In this document: positions 8,652 through 18,969 of the stretch, in pieces | Layout: every line of letters starts with the position of its first letter | Position numbering within the stretch: position 1 is the stretch's first letter | From: Oscillospiraceae bacterium | GTDB taxonomy: Bacteria; Bacillota; Clostridia; Oscillospirales; Ruminococcaceae | Assembly (NCBI GenBank): GCA_016296485.1 | Contig: JAEDJF010000001.1 | Span: forward strand, 1,438 to 65,437 | Direction of reading: 5' to 3' | Length of the DNA stretch: 64,000 bases | The notes under the pieces: generated by a model | Seen by the model: only the letters and a program-made list of their open reading frames with translations | The model's database searches: none | What the model was told of the DNA's origin: nothing | Position numbers and translations under genes: made by a program

Positions 8652-9860
8652 TTGATTTTTATAATGGCAACAAGAAAATTTGTTGATTATGTGGATTTTG
8701 TTGCCGAGGGGGCTTTTTGTGAAAGACTGCTGACGCTTGCGGCGGGCGAGGGAATAAATATCATAAACCCGAGAAAAAAAGGTTATCAAATGACCGGGAC
8801 GGTGTTTGCCGGAGACTATAAAAAGCTGAGAAAACCGGCAAAGACCGCAGGACTCAGGCTGAAAATAGTAAAAAAACACGGCATATCTTTTTTTCTGAAG
8901 CGAAACAGAAAGAAAATCGGCTTTGCCGCCGGAACCGTCGGCGTTATGCTGATAGTTCTGGCGCTCAATATGTTTATCTGGAAAGTAAATGTTATCGGGA
9001 ACGAAAAGGTTCCGACACAGGATATAATCGCCGCCGCAGAAGAAAAGGGGTTAACCCCCGGTTCGCTTCGGAAAAAGCACGTTGCAAGGGAGATTTCCTG
9101 GCATATTTTGAACCAAAACGATGGACTTGCCTGGGTGACGGTAAATATACAGGGCTGCGTCGCTAACATCGTCGTTACGGAGGTAAACGAGGAAACTGAA
9201 ATGAAATATGACGACGACAAGCCGGTAAATATCGTGGCTTCAAAGTACGGAGTAATAAGGTCAATGGACGTCTTTGACGGGCAGGACGTTGTAAAGGTTG
9301 GCGACGCGGTAATGAAAGGTGACCTTTTGGTGAGCGCGGTCTATGAGGACAGGTACAACAAGCTGACGCTTAAACACGCGAGAGCGAAAGTAATGGCCGA
9401 AACGGATTACAGCATTACTGTGGAATTTCCGATGGAGCAGGTAATCCCGGAAAAGAACGGAATCAAGAAAGAAGTCGGCGAAATAAGCGTGCTGGGACTT
9501 AAAATTAAATACGGAAGCGATAAAAACTGCGAGGGGCTTCCTTTTGAAACGGACGAAAAAGATTTATACTTTTTCTGGCTCAAACTGCCAATAAGCGTCA
9601 AGAATACGCGATATTTTGCTGTAAAGGAAAAGACCATTACATACAATATGGAGCAGTCGAAATCCGGCGCCTACGGTCTTTTGGAGGAAAAAGAAAAAAT
9701 TGAAATGGCGGATATGGAGATAATATCAAAAAAAGTCGAGGAGAAAGTAAAGGACGGAAAATATATTTTAAAAGCGGACTATATTTGCCTTATGGATATT
9801 GCCGAAGAACAGGATATTCTTTCAGACATTCCTTGGGAAAACACTGACGATATGAGCTGA
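8652..9860 (+). CDS. yqfD: sporulation protein YqfD (stage IV sporulation-like)
   Basis: 402 aa with one central TM segment (IGFAAGTVGVMLIVLALNMFIW) and YqfD-like architecture. Paired with yqfC. SD GGGGGGAG. Confidence 0.75.
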   Translation: MIFIMATRKFVDYVDFVAEGAFCERLLTLAAGEGINIINPRKKGYQMTGTVFAGDYKKLRKPAKTAGLRLKIVKKHGISFFLKRNRKKIGFAAGTVGVMLIVLALNMFIWKVNVIGNEKVPTQDIIAAAEEKGLTPGSLRKKHVAREISWHILNQNDGLAWVTVNIQGCVANIVVTEVNEETEMKYDDDKPVNIVASKYGVIRSMDVFDGQDVVKVGDAVMKGDLLVSAVYEDRYNKLTLKHARAKVMAETDYSITVEFPMEQVIPEKNGIKKEVGEISVLGLKIKYGSDKNCEGLPFETDEKDLYFFWLKLPISVKNTRYFAVKEKTITYNMEQSKSGAYGLLEEKEKIEMADMEIISKKVEEKVKDGKYILKADYICLMDIAEEQDILSDIPWENTDDMS

Positions 9861-9897
9861 TACCTCCGCTTTTTCAATACAAAATTCAGAAAAAATA

Positions 9898-9926
9898 TTG
9901 TATAACCGTTGACGATATGGTAAAAT
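9898..9926 (+). promoter_or_regulatory. candidate sigma-A promoter for the nfeD-SPFH operon
   Basis: TTGTAT, a 17-nt spacer ending in TGG (extended -10), then TAAAAT. Confidence 0.45.
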
Positions 9927-9954
9927 ATTAGCATAGAAAAGGAGGCGGTTTCTG

Positions 9955-10398
9955 TTGCCTGAAATATCAGCAGTTTTAATTTGGCTAATTATAGCGATAA
10001 TACTCGGAACAATTGAAGCAATAACGGTTTCTCTTGTGAGCATCTGGTTTGCGGTCGGCGCGGTCGCCGCTATGATACCCGCGTATTTCGACACTCCGAT
10101 TTGGGCGCAAATCCTTGTTTTCCTCGCCGTTTCGGCGATTTGTTTCGCCTGTACCAAAACGTTCTTTAAGGACGTCGTAAAGGTTAAAAAACAGCCCACC
10201 AATGCCGACGGACTCATCGGACAGGAGGGCGTAGTCACCGCCGAAATCAATAATCTCGAGGGCGGGGGAAAGGTATATATTTCCGGTCTTACCTGGAGCG
10301 CACGTTCTGAAAACGGAGAAAAAGTCGAAAACGGAGCGGTTGTTACAGTAAAAAGAATCGAAGGCGCAACCCTTATCGTTGAAAGCAAAAATATTTAA
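9955..10398 (+). CDS. NfeD family membrane protein
   Basis: 147 aa with an N-terminal membrane domain plus a C-terminal OB-fold-like soluble domain. Precedes an SPFH protein, the classic NfeD-SPFH operon. TTG start after AGGAGG. Confidence 0.8.
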   Translation: MPEISAVLIWLIIAIILGTIEAITVSLVSIWFAVGAVAAMIPAYFDTPIWAQILVFLAVSAICFACTKTFFKDVVKVKKQPTNADGLIGQEGVVTAEINNLEGGGKVYISGLTWSARSENGEKVENGAVVTVKRIEGATLIVESKNI

Positions 10399-10427
10399 AA
10401 TACACCCGAATATCAAGGAGGTTAATT

Positions 10428-11339
10428 ATGCCGTTTGAATTCACTGGTCTTATCGTAGGTCTTCTTTTTGTTTTGCTCGTGCTCGTCGTGCTCGCGCTCA
10501 ACATAAAAATCGTTCCGCAGGCAACGGTTTATGTAATCGAACGCCTCGGCACCTATTACGCAACCTGGGAAACGGGACTTCATTTCAAAATTCCCTTCTT
10601 TGACAGAATTGCAAAAAAGGTCTCTATTAAAGAGCAGGTGGTTGACTTTAAACCGCAGCCGGTTATCACGAAGGATAACGTTACTATGCAGATAGACACC
10701 GTCGTTTTCTATCAGATAACCGACGCGAAGCTTTTCACCTACGGCGTTGAGCGCCCGCTTTCTGCTATTGAAAACCTTACCGCAACCACTCTTCGTAACA
10801 TCATAGGCGAGATGGAGCTCGACAGCACCCTTACCAGCCGTGACATCATCAACGTAAAAATTACCTCTATTCTTGATACCGCCACAGATAAATGGGGTAT
10901 CAAAGTGAACCGCGTCGAGCTCAAAAACATCATTCCTCCGCGCGAGATTCAGGACGCAATGGAGAAACAGATGAAAGCCGAACGCGAGCGCCGTGAGACC
11001 CTTCTTCGTGCAGAGGGTGAAAAGAAGAGCCAGATCCTTATCGCCGAAGGCGAAAAGGAATCCGCAATTCTCCGTGCCGAAGCTGTCAAAGAGGCTAAAA
11101 TCCGCGAGGCACAGGGCGAAGCCGAAGCAATCCTTGCCGTACAGAAAGCCCTTGCCGATTCCATTGAGCTTCTCAATCGCGCCAACCCTTCCGACGCGGT
11201 GCTCACTCTTAAGAGCTACGAAGCGTTTACTAAAGCTGCGGACGGCAAAGCAACAAAGATTATTGTCCCGAGCGAGATACAGTCTCTTGCCAGCCTTGTT
11301 ACTTCCATAAAAGAAGTAGCTTCTGACGTAAAAGAGTAA
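10428..11339 (+). CDS. SPFH/band 7 (stomatin-like) membrane protein
   Basis: 303 aa with an N-terminal TM helix, an SPFH core (VERLGTYYATWETGLHFKIPFFD, TKDNVTMQIDTVVFYQI) and a coiled-coil EA-rich tail. Confidence 0.85.
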   Translation: MPFEFTGLIVGLLFVLLVLVVLALNIKIVPQATVYVIERLGTYYATWETGLHFKIPFFDRIAKKVSIKEQVVDFKPQPVITKDNVTMQIDTVVFYQITDAKLFTYGVERPLSAIENLTATTLRNIIGEMELDSTLTSRDIINVKITSILDTATDKWGIKVNRVELKNIIPPREIQDAMEKQMKAERERRETLLRAEGEKKSQILIAEGEKESAILRAEAVKEAKIREAQGEAEAILAVQKALADSIELLNRANPSDAVLTLKSYEAFTKAADGKATKIIVPSEIQSLASLVTSIKEVASDVKE

Positions 11340-11364
11340 AAATCAAATAAACCGAATATTTTGG

Positions 11365-11450
11365 ATACAGGGGTGCCTAGGCTGAGACGGCGTTTGCCGA
11401 ACCCTTTGACCTGATCCGGGTAATACCGGCGTAGGGAGTGTCACGAAGTG
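11365..11450 (+). promoter_or_regulatory. TPP (THI-box) riboswitch aptamer
   Basis: Contains GGGGTGCC...GCTGAGA...AACCCTTTGACCTGATCCGGGTAATACCGGCGTAGGGA, i.e. the CUGAGA and ACCUGAUCUGGAUAAUGCCAGCG-type THI-box core. Confidence 0.85.
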
Positions 11451-11457
11451 GCTTATT

Positions 11458-11500
11458 ACCGCTGCGGCATTTTCCTGCCGCAGCGGCTTTTTTTATAAAC
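11458..11500 (+). terminator. riboswitch expression-platform terminator
   Basis: Stem CCGCTGCGGCA/TGCCGCAGCGG followed by a T-run, directly after the TPP aptamer and before the downstream SD. Confidence 0.75.
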
Positions 11501-11525
11501 AAGATGTGAAAACGGAGGAATACAT

Positions 11526-12107
11526 ATGGAAAACCGCAATGAAACCTTAAAAAAGCTCGTTTTGAGCGCAATGATGATAGCAATAGGAACGGTGCTCAGC
11601 CTTGATATGTTCAAATTCGGCGGAATTTGGGCATTCGGCGGCGGAGTTACTTTCTGTTCAATGCTCCCGCTCGTGATAGTTTCCTATGCATACGGCTGCA
11701 AATGGGGAGTATTTACCGCTTTCGTTTACAGCGTGCTCCAGGCGCTTCTCGGCGTTGACAATATTCAGTACGCCACCTCTTTCGGAATGGCGATGGGAAT
11801 ACTGCTTTTGGACTACATAATTGCATACACCGTCATCGGAATGGCGGGAGCGTTTAAGAAAGTTGTGAAAAATCAAAGCCTTGCTTTAGTGCTCGGAATT
11901 TTCACCACGTTTTTCGCAAGATTTGCCTGTCATTTTATTACCGGCTGGGCGATTTGGGACGCCCTTTGGCCCAACGAGTTCGGCTTCGTTTCTCCGCTCT
12001 ATTCACTCTTTTACAACGGTTCGTATATGCTTCCGGAGGCTGTTATCACTTCGGTGGTGGCGGTGCTGCTTTATAAAATAGCTCCAAGGCTGTTCAAAAA
12101 AATTTAA
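11526..12107 (+). CDS. ECF-transporter S component, thiamine or thiamine-precursor specific (ThiT-like)
   Basis: 193 aa with about 6 TM helices, under TPP riboswitch control. Substrate assignment is by context only. Confidence 0.65.
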   Translation: MENRNETLKKLVLSAMMIAIGTVLSLDMFKFGGIWAFGGGVTFCSMLPLVIVSYAYGCKWGVFTAFVYSVLQALLGVDNIQYATSFGMAMGILLLDYIIAYTVIGMAGAFKKVVKNQSLALVLGIFTTFFARFACHFITGWAIWDALWPNEFGFVSPLYSLFYNGSYMLPEAVITSVVAVLLYKIAPRLFKKI

Positions 12108-12120
12108 TTTTATTTCTTTA

Positions 12121-12150
12121 AGGCGGACACAAAAATGTCCGCCTTTTTTC
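12121..12150 (+). terminator. intrinsic terminator after the ECF S-component gene
   Basis: Stem AGGCGGACA/TGTCCGCCT followed by TTTTTT. Confidence 0.75.
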
Positions 12151-12179
12151 TTGAACTAATTCCCTTATTATGATAAAAT
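12151..12179 (+). promoter_or_regulatory. candidate sigma-A promoter for mutS-mutL-miaA
   Basis: TTGAAC, a 17-nt spacer ending in TGA (extended -10), then TAAAAT. Confidence 0.5.
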
Positions 12180-12213
12180 ATAATAAATATATGGTCTGAT
12201 GGGAAGTGTTTTT

Positions 12214-14823
12214 TTGGCGGAGCTTTCTCCAATGATGAAGCAGTATTTTGAGATAAAAAACAATAACAAGGATACCATACTCTTTTTCCGCCTTGGGGAC
12301 TTTTATGAGATGTTCTATGACGACGCTAAAATCGCTTCCAAGGAGCTGGAGCTTACCCTCACGGGGCGCGACTGCGGACAGGAGGAACGCGCCCCCATGT
12401 GCGGAGTTCCTTACCACAGCTACGAAGCCTACGTTGCAAGGCTTATCAAGAAAGGGTACAAGGTCGCAATCTGCGAACAGATGGAGGACCCGGCAACGGC
12501 AAAAGGGCTTGTCAAACGCGACATAATCCGGGTAATTACTCCCGGAACGGTTGTGGAAAACTCGATGCTTGAGGAAAGCGCCAACAACTACATCTGCAGC
12601 CTTTACGTTGGAGGAGATTCTTTCGGAATCTGCTTTTGCGACGTCACCACCGGCGAACTTAAATGCACCGGAGGGGAAAACGTAAAGGAGATTGAAACGA
12701 GAATAATAGAGGAAGTAAGCCGCTATAAACCGAGCGAGATACTTTTTAACGACGAGTTTCTTGACTACCGGGAAGCTGGGCGCTTTATCAAAGAGCGCCT
12801 TGAATGTCTCGGCGAACAGATAGACGATTCCGAATACGAGGAACCTCTTGTTGAGCGTACGATTTTTGACCATTTCGACCGCAAAAGCTCAAAAGAGCTC
12901 GGATTTGCTTTTCTTGACGAAAAGCGCTGCGTCGCCGCTCTTTTAAATTATCTTTATAAAACGCAGAAAAACGGCGTTACGAGGATATCCTCGGTACAGT
13001 TCTATTCCGACGGTGCGTATATGAAGCTCGACCTTTCCGCAAGGAGAAATCTTGAGCTTACGGCAACGAGTCGCGGAAGAGAAAAAAGGGGAACGCTCCT
13101 TTGGGTGCTCGACAAAACAAATACGTCCATGGGAAGAAGGCTCCTTCGCTCATATGTGGACAGGCCTCTCCTCGACCCGGTGAAAATTGAAAAGCGCCTT
13201 TCCGCCGTTGAGACGTTTATAAATGACCCGATGCTCGGTGAGGACATCGCGTCGGAGCTTTCGGGGATTTATGACCTTGAAAGAATGATGACGAGGATTG
13301 TTTTCGGAAACGCAAACCCGCGGGAGTATAAAACCCTTGCGGCAAGCGTTTCAAGGCTACCGAAAATAAAGGGGCTTTTAAGCGGAGCAAGTTCCTCGCT
13401 TCTTTGCGAAATCTGCGGAAATATTGACATCCTTGATGACGTTAAAAACCTTATCGACGCTTCGATTATTGATGAGCCGCCGATAACTCTTAAAGACGGC
13501 GGCGTTATTAAAGCCGGATATAACTCCGAGCTGGACGACCTTAGAAGCCTTGCCGGAAATATAAAGGAGCGCATAACTTCCATTGAGACCGCCGAAAGGG
13601 AAAGAACGGGAATACCGAAGCTCAAAATCGGCTACAACCACGTTTTTGGATATTATATCGAGGTCTCAAAATCGTACCAGGAGATGGTTCCCCCGGAATA
13701 CATCCGCAAGCAGACCCTTGCGAACTGCGAAAGATACATAACGCAGGAGCTCAAGGAACTTGAGGAAAAAGTGCTCGGTGCTCACGATAAGATTCTCGTG
13801 CTCGAAGCAAGACTTTTTGAGGACGTTCGCACAAGAATTGCCGCCGAGGTAAACAGGGTACAAAAGACAGCCGACGCCGTTGCGGCGCTCGACGTGCTCG
13901 TGTCATTTGCGGAGGTTTCCGCACGCAACAATTACTGCCGCCCGACGGTTGACCTCGGCGACGTAATTGAAATTACCGAGGGACGGCATCCCGTCGTTGA
14001 ACAGATGCTCCACGGAGCGCCTTTCGTTCCGAACGATGTGCTTCTTGACAACAGGGAAAACCAGATTGCTGTAATAACGGGTCCCAATATGGCGGGAAAA
14101 TCCACATATATGCGCCAGGTTGCGCTCATCACGATAATGGCGCAGATAGGCTGTTTCGTTCCGGCAAAGACCGCCCATATCGGAATCGTTGACGGGGTTT
14201 ACACCCGCGTTGGCGCTTCCGACGACCTTTCCGCAGGACAGTCCACCTTTATGGTTGAGATGAGCGAGGTTGCGGAAATACTTAAAAACGCCACTTCAAA
14301 GAGCCTTCTGATTCTTGATGAAATCGGGCGCGGCACGAGCACCTTCGACGGCATGAGCATCGCTCACGCGGTGCTTGAGCACATAGCGGACAGAAAGAAG
14401 CTCGGAGCGAAAACCCTTTTTGCAACCCATTATCACGAGCTTACCGACCTTGAAAACGCGTATCCGAACATAAGAAACTACAACGTGGCGGTCAAAAAGC
14501 GCGGAGAGGATATAACCTTCCTTCGCCGCATCATAAGCGGCGGCGCCGACGACAGCTACGGAATAGAGGTGGCGAAGCTCGCCGGAATTCCGAACAGCGT
14601 CGTGAAAAGAGCGAGGGAAATTTTAAACGCTCTTGAGGAAGGCAAAGAGGTGGAAAAGATAGCAAGAATGCAGCAAAAGGACGACCTTGAGGGTCAGACT
14701 AACCTTTTCGCCTCTATACAAAGCGACGCCGAGAGAATAATTCGCCAAACGGACGTCGAAACTCTTACGCCCATTGAAGCGCTTAACTTGCTTTACGAAC
14801 TTAAGAGCATAGTAAAAAATTAA
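12214..14823 (+). CDS. mutS: DNA mismatch repair protein MutS
   Basis: N-terminal AELSPMMKQYFEIK, Walker A GPNMAGKST, and full-length MutS similarity. TTG at 12214 is preferred because the ATG at 12199 lacks an SD; either start is possible. Confidence 0.95.
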   Translation: MAELSPMMKQYFEIKNNNKDTILFFRLGDFYEMFYDDAKIASKELELTLTGRDCGQEERAPMCGVPYHSYEAYVARLIKKGYKVAICEQMEDPATAKGLVKRDIIRVITPGTVVENSMLEESANNYICSLYVGGDSFGICFCDVTTGELKCTGGENVKEIETRIIEEVSRYKPSEILFNDEFLDYREAGRFIKERLECLGEQIDDSEYEEPLVERTIFDHFDRKSSKELGFAFLDEKRCVAALLNYLYKTQKNGVTRISSVQFYSDGAYMKLDLSARRNLELTATSRGREKRGTLLWVLDKTNTSMGRRLLRSYVDRPLLDPVKIEKRLSAVETFINDPMLGEDIASELSGIYDLERMMTRIVFGNANPREYKTLAASVSRLPKIKGLLSGASSSLLCEICGNIDILDDVKNLIDASIIDEPPITLKDGGVIKAGYNSELDDLRSLAGNIKERITSIETAERERTGIPKLKIGYNHVFGYYIEVSKSYQEMVPPEYIRKQTLANCERYITQELKELEEKVLGAHDKILVLEARLFEDVRTRIAAEVNRVQKTADAVAALDVLVSFAEVSARNNYCRPTVDLGDVIEITEGRHPVVEQMLHGAPFVPNDVLLDNRENQIAVITGPNMAGKSTYMRQVALITIMAQIGCFVPAKTAHIGIVDGVYTRVGASDDLSAGQSTFMVEMSEVAEILKNATSKSLLILDEIGRGTSTFDGMSIAHAVLEHIADRKKLGAKTLFATHYHELTDLENAYPNIRNYNVAVKKRGEDITFLRRIISGGADDSYGIEVAKLAGIPNSVVKRAREILNALEEGKEVEKIARMQQKDDLEGQTNLFASIQSDAERIIRQTDVETLTPIEALNLLYELKSIVKN

Positions 14824-14838
14824 TTTTGTGGGGTAAAA

Positions 14839-16794
14839 ATGCCTAAAATTAACGTTCTTGATAAACATATAGCCGAGCTGATTGCCGCAGGAGAGGTCGT
14901 TGACAGACCCTGTTCGGTGGTAAAAGAGCTTGTGGAAAACTCAATAGACGCCGGCGCTAAAAGCGTTACCGTCGAGATTAAAGACGGCGGAACCACTTTT
15001 ATCCGCGTGACCGACGACGGCTGCGGAATCGAAGCGGAGGACATTCCAAAGGCGTTTTTGCGCCACGCCACAAGCAAAATACGCGAAGAGGACGACCTTG
15101 AGCGCATACATACCTTCGGCTTTCGCGGCGAGGCTCTCGCCTCCATTGCCGCCGTTTCCCACGCCGAAATTCTCACAAGGGTAAAGGGCGCGGAAACGGG
15201 CTATCACTGTGAAGCAACCGATTGCGAGATCGGCGAGATAAACGAAGCCGGCTGCCCGGAGGGCACGACTATCGTTGTTCGGGATCTTTTCTATAACACC
15301 CCCGCAAGGCAGAAGTTTCTCAAGAAAGACGTAGCCGAGGGCAACGCCGTAGCGCAGGTTATGGACAGAATGGCGCTTTCCTATCCCGAAGTAAAAATTA
15401 ATTTTATCCGTGACGGAGTGAATAAGCTCTCAACTTACGGAAACGGCGATATGCTTACGGTAATTTCCGCGGTTTACGGGCGGGAATATACCAAAGATAT
15501 GATAGAGGTAAACTACAGCCCCATCACGAGAGACCTTCTTAAAGTTACAGGTTACGTCACAAAGCCCACCGCCACCAAGGCGAGCCGCAGCTTTCAGAAC
15601 TTTTTCGTCAACCGCCGATACGTCAAGACCCGCACTCCGCTTGCGGCTCTTGAGGAGGCTTTTAAAGGCTCCGCAATGGTCGGGAAATATCCGGGGTGTG
15701 TGCTCAATATAGAGATTCCGCCGGAAACGGTTGACGTAAACGTGCACCCGGCTAAAACCGAAGTCAGATTTGTAAACGAAAAAGAGATTTTCGATCTCGT
15801 ATATTACGGCGTAAAATCTGCCCTTAACGTCAAAGACGTTTCCGCAGTGCTCGAGGAATCCAAAAAGGTGAACCGGGACTTTTGGGAAGGGCTTTCAAAT
15901 GAAAATGAAAAAGCCCATTTTGAAAACGTCGTCCAGCAAACGACCCTTCCGCTCGTAAAGCCCACAAAGCAGTCCGCCACAAAATATGATTTGCAGGATT
16001 ATTCCACCGACGAGCTTCGCAACAACGACAACCTTACGCCGTATAGAATCGACGACGACATAACCCATACTGCCCAGTATAAAATCCGCCAGGCGGCTGA
16101 CAAAGCCGCTATGGAGGGAGTTGAAATGCCGAAGGAGTACCTTGAAAGCATAGAAGCTATGAAACGGGCGGGAACTCCCGTTCCGGAGCTTCCGAGAAGT
16201 ATCTCCGACGAGGATTTTCCTTTGGGCAAGCTCAAATACGTTGCTGAGGTTTTTAAAACCTATATTCTTCTTGAGTCCGAAAGCGAGCTCGTTTTTGTCG
16301 ATAAACACGCCGCCCACGAAAGAATACTCTACGAAAAGCTCAAAGAGGGCATAAAGGCTTTCGATTGCCAGTACGTAATAACGCCCATAACTTGCAATCT
16401 CAGCGATGAGCAGTGCGAAGCGGTCATTGAAAACCAAGGGGAGATGGAGCGCTTAGGATTCATCGTCGAGGATTTCGGTCGTGGAACCGTTATCGCGCGG
16501 GCGCTGCCTTTTTGGGTAAAAGCGAAAGAGGCAGAAAGCATTATCGGCGAAATTGCCGATTCGCTGATTGCCTGCCGCCACGACATCACGCCGGAAAAGC
16601 TCGACAATCTTTACGCCAATATTTCCTGCCGCGCGGCGATAAAGGCTAACGACAAAAATTCCACCCCAGAACTCGAAACGATTGTAAACATACTTCTTAA
16701 CGACCCGAAAATAAAATATTGCCCGCACGGGAGACCGATTTCAATAAGCATCAGCAAAAACAAGCTTGAAAAAATGTTCGGGCGCCAACAGTAA
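14839..16794 (+). CDS. mutL: DNA mismatch repair protein MutL
   Basis: GHKL ATPase N-terminus (IAAGEVVDRPCSVVKELVENSIDAG, DDGCGI) and a MutL C-terminal dimerisation domain. Confidence 0.95.
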   Translation: MPKINVLDKHIAELIAAGEVVDRPCSVVKELVENSIDAGAKSVTVEIKDGGTTFIRVTDDGCGIEAEDIPKAFLRHATSKIREEDDLERIHTFGFRGEALASIAAVSHAEILTRVKGAETGYHCEATDCEIGEINEAGCPEGTTIVVRDLFYNTPARQKFLKKDVAEGNAVAQVMDRMALSYPEVKINFIRDGVNKLSTYGNGDMLTVISAVYGREYTKDMIEVNYSPITRDLLKVTGYVTKPTATKASRSFQNFFVNRRYVKTRTPLAALEEAFKGSAMVGKYPGCVLNIEIPPETVDVNVHPAKTEVRFVNEKEIFDLVYYGVKSALNVKDVSAVLEESKKVNRDFWEGLSNENEKAHFENVVQQTTLPLVKPTKQSATKYDLQDYSTDELRNNDNLTPYRIDDDITHTAQYKIRQAADKAAMEGVEMPKEYLESIEAMKRAGTPVPELPRSISDEDFPLGKLKYVAEVFKTYILLESESELVFVDKHAAHERILYEKLKEGIKAFDCQYVITPITCNLSDEQCEAVIENQGEMERLGFIVEDFGRGTVIARALPFWVKAKEAESIIGEIADSLIACRHDITPEKLDNLYANISCRAAIKANDKNSTPELETIVNILLNDPKIKYCPHGRPISISISKNKLEKMFGRQQ

Positions 16795-16805
16795 CGGAGG
16801 ACGCT

Positions 16806-17759
16806 ATGGAAGAGAAAATACCCGTTATTGCGGTTGTCGGTCCGACTGCGTCGGGCAAAACAGGAGTTGCCGTTAAAACAGCGCAGAAATTCGGCGGAGA
16901 AGTCGTTTCGGCGGACTCTATGCAGATTTACTCCGAGCTTTCTATTGGGACGGCAAAGCCGACCGAGGAGGAAATGTGCGAAGTTCCGCATCATCTTGTG
17001 GGCTTTTTGAGCATAGACGAGGAATACTCCGTCGCAAACTACGTTGAGGACGCAAAAATAGAGATAAATGAAATTCGGAAAAGGGGAAAGATACCCGTTA
17101 TTTGCGGCGGAACCGGGCTTTATGTCGATTCGCTTCTGACAAATACGGAGTTTTCCGAGATAAAAAGCGACCCAAAAATAAAAGAACGGCTTTTTGCCTT
17201 TGCCGAGGAAAAGGGAAAAGAGGCTCTCTTTAAAAGGCTAAAAAGTATCGACCCCGAAACGGCGGAAAAGCTTCATTACAACAACCTCGGGCGTGTCGTA
17301 AGAGCTCTGGAGGTTTACGAAATAACCGGAAAAACGATTTCAGAGCATCAAAAACTTTCAAGGACCGTTCCTTCGCCTTACGACGTTTGTTATATCGGAA
17401 CGAATTTCCGCGACCGCGAGGCTCTCTATCGAAGGATAGAGCAAAGAATTGACGAGATGCTCACCGAGGGGCTTCTTGACGAAGCAAGACTTCTTTTTGA
17501 GCACGGCGAGCACGGAACCGCGGCGCAGGCAATAGGATACAAGGAGCTTTACCCATATTTCAAAGGCGAAGCAAGCATTGATGAGGCTATAGCCGTGCTC
17601 AAAAAAGAGACGAGACATTACGCGAAACGCCAGCTTACCTGGTTTCGGAGAAATGAAAATATAAACTGGGTATATTGGGACGATTACGACAGCAAGGACG
17701 AAATTTACAGCACCGTTTTCAAAATAATTGAGGAGCATTGGAGGAAGAATGAAGAGTAA
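16806..17759 (+). CDS. miaA: tRNA dimethylallyltransferase
   Basis: P-loop VVGPTASGKT, SADSMQIY and GGTGLY motifs. Confidence 0.95.
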   Translation: MEEKIPVIAVVGPTASGKTGVAVKTAQKFGGEVVSADSMQIYSELSIGTAKPTEEEMCEVPHHLVGFLSIDEEYSVANYVEDAKIEINEIRKRGKIPVICGGTGLYVDSLLTNTEFSEIKSDPKIKERLFAFAEEKGKEALFKRLKSIDPETAEKLHYNNLGRVVRALEVYEITGKTISEHQKLSRTVPSPYDVCYIGTNFRDREALYRRIEQRIDEMLTEGLLDEARLLFEHGEHGTAAQAIGYKELYPYFKGEASIDEAIAVLKKETRHYAKRQLTWFRRNENINWVYWDDYDSKDEIYSTVFKIIEEHWRKNEE

Positions 17760-18969
17760 AATGCTAAAAACGCTGGCATTTATAATGTCGGCTTTCCTTC
17801 TTGTTTACGCGGGGTTTCAGGTGTGGCGCTTTTTTTATAACCCTTATCGCACGGAAATTGCCGTTAACTACTCCGTCAGCGAATCCATTCACGTAAACGG
17901 ATTAGCCGTGCGGACGGAAACGATTATTGAGGACAGTTACAGCGGCAGCGTAAGCTACGTCTATGAGGACGCCGCAAAGGTGCTCAAAAACCGCCCCGTA
18001 GCTTATAGCCACGCTTCCGGCGACACCGTTGTAAAAATGGCTAAAGCAAACGAAATTGAAAAGCAAATAAATCTTCTTAAGGAAGCGAGCAGCGGAGTTT
18101 CCCAGCTTTACGGCTCCTCCGAATACATAAATGACCAAATCGGAACGGCGGTGCTTGCATATACCGAAGCCATAACCGGAGGAAAGCTTTCCGGTTTTTC
18201 GTCCGCCAAGGACAATTTGTTGCTTTCGATAAACAAGAAAACGGCAATTACAGGAGGCGAAAACCGTTTTGAGGAACGAATTGCAGCGCTTCAGATGGAG
18301 TATGACGAGCTTAAATACGAAATCGAAGCGGACGCCGCCGAGACGGTTTCAGCTCCGAAAAGCGGATATTTCATTTCCGGAGTGGACGGCTTTGAAAATA
18401 TAATAAACAAAGAAAACATTTACGAAAAAACTGTGGCGGAAATTGAGGAAATTATAAACCGCGACGTTTCCGCTTCCGAACAAAAAATAGGAAAAATAGC
18501 GGACAACTATAAATGGTATTACGTCATTTCCGTTGACCCGGCTGGCGCCGAAATGTTTTACGAGGGGCGGAAAGTCAGCGTAAACTTTGAGGGGATAAAT
18601 TATTCGCTGGATTTTAAAGTTGAGAGCATTATTACTGACGAAACCAGCGAAAATACGATAGTTGTTCTTGTTTGCAAAACCTTTAGTTCCGATGTGGCGT
18701 CCCTTCGTCAGGTCAGCGCGGACATAGTGTTCAGCACCGTTTCCGGGCTGAGAATATCCGACTCCTCCGTAAGATTCAACGAAAAACAGGAGCCCGGAGT
18801 TTTCATTCTTGACAGGGGCGAGGTTAAATTCAGACGCATAGAAACTCTTTACGAGGGCTCGGGCTATCTCATAGTCAAATGGAGCAAAGGGGAAAAGGGC
18901 GCTTTGCAGCTCTTCGATGAAGTTTTTGTTGAAGGGAGCGACCTCTATGTCGGAAAAGTTATTGACTGA
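17749..18969 (+). CDS. HlyD/membrane-fusion-like protein, single N-terminal TM, no adjacent transporter
   Basis: Start at MKSKMLK behind GGAGGAA. TM helix, a central coiled-coil stretch (ERIAALQMEYDELKYEIE), an HlyD-like VSAPKSGYF motif and a beta-rich C-terminus. Confidence 0.5.
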   Translation: MKSKMLKTLAFIMSAFLLVYAGFQVWRFFYNPYRTEIAVNYSVSESIHVNGLAVRTETIIEDSYSGSVSYVYEDAAKVLKNRPVAYSHASGDTVVKMAKANEIEKQINLLKEASSGVSQLYGSSEYINDQIGTAVLAYTEAITGGKLSGFSSAKDNLLLSINKKTAITGGENRFEERIAALQMEYDELKYEIEADAAETVSAPKSGYFISGVDGFENIINKENIYEKTVAEIEEIINRDVSASEQKIGKIADNYKWYYVISVDPAGAEMFYEGRKVSVNFEGINYSLDFKVESIITDETSENTIVVLVCKTFSSDVASLRQVSADIVFSTVSGLRISDSSVRFNEKQEPGVFILDRGEVKFRRIETLYEGSGYLIVKWSKGEKGALQLFDEVFVEGSDLYVGKVID

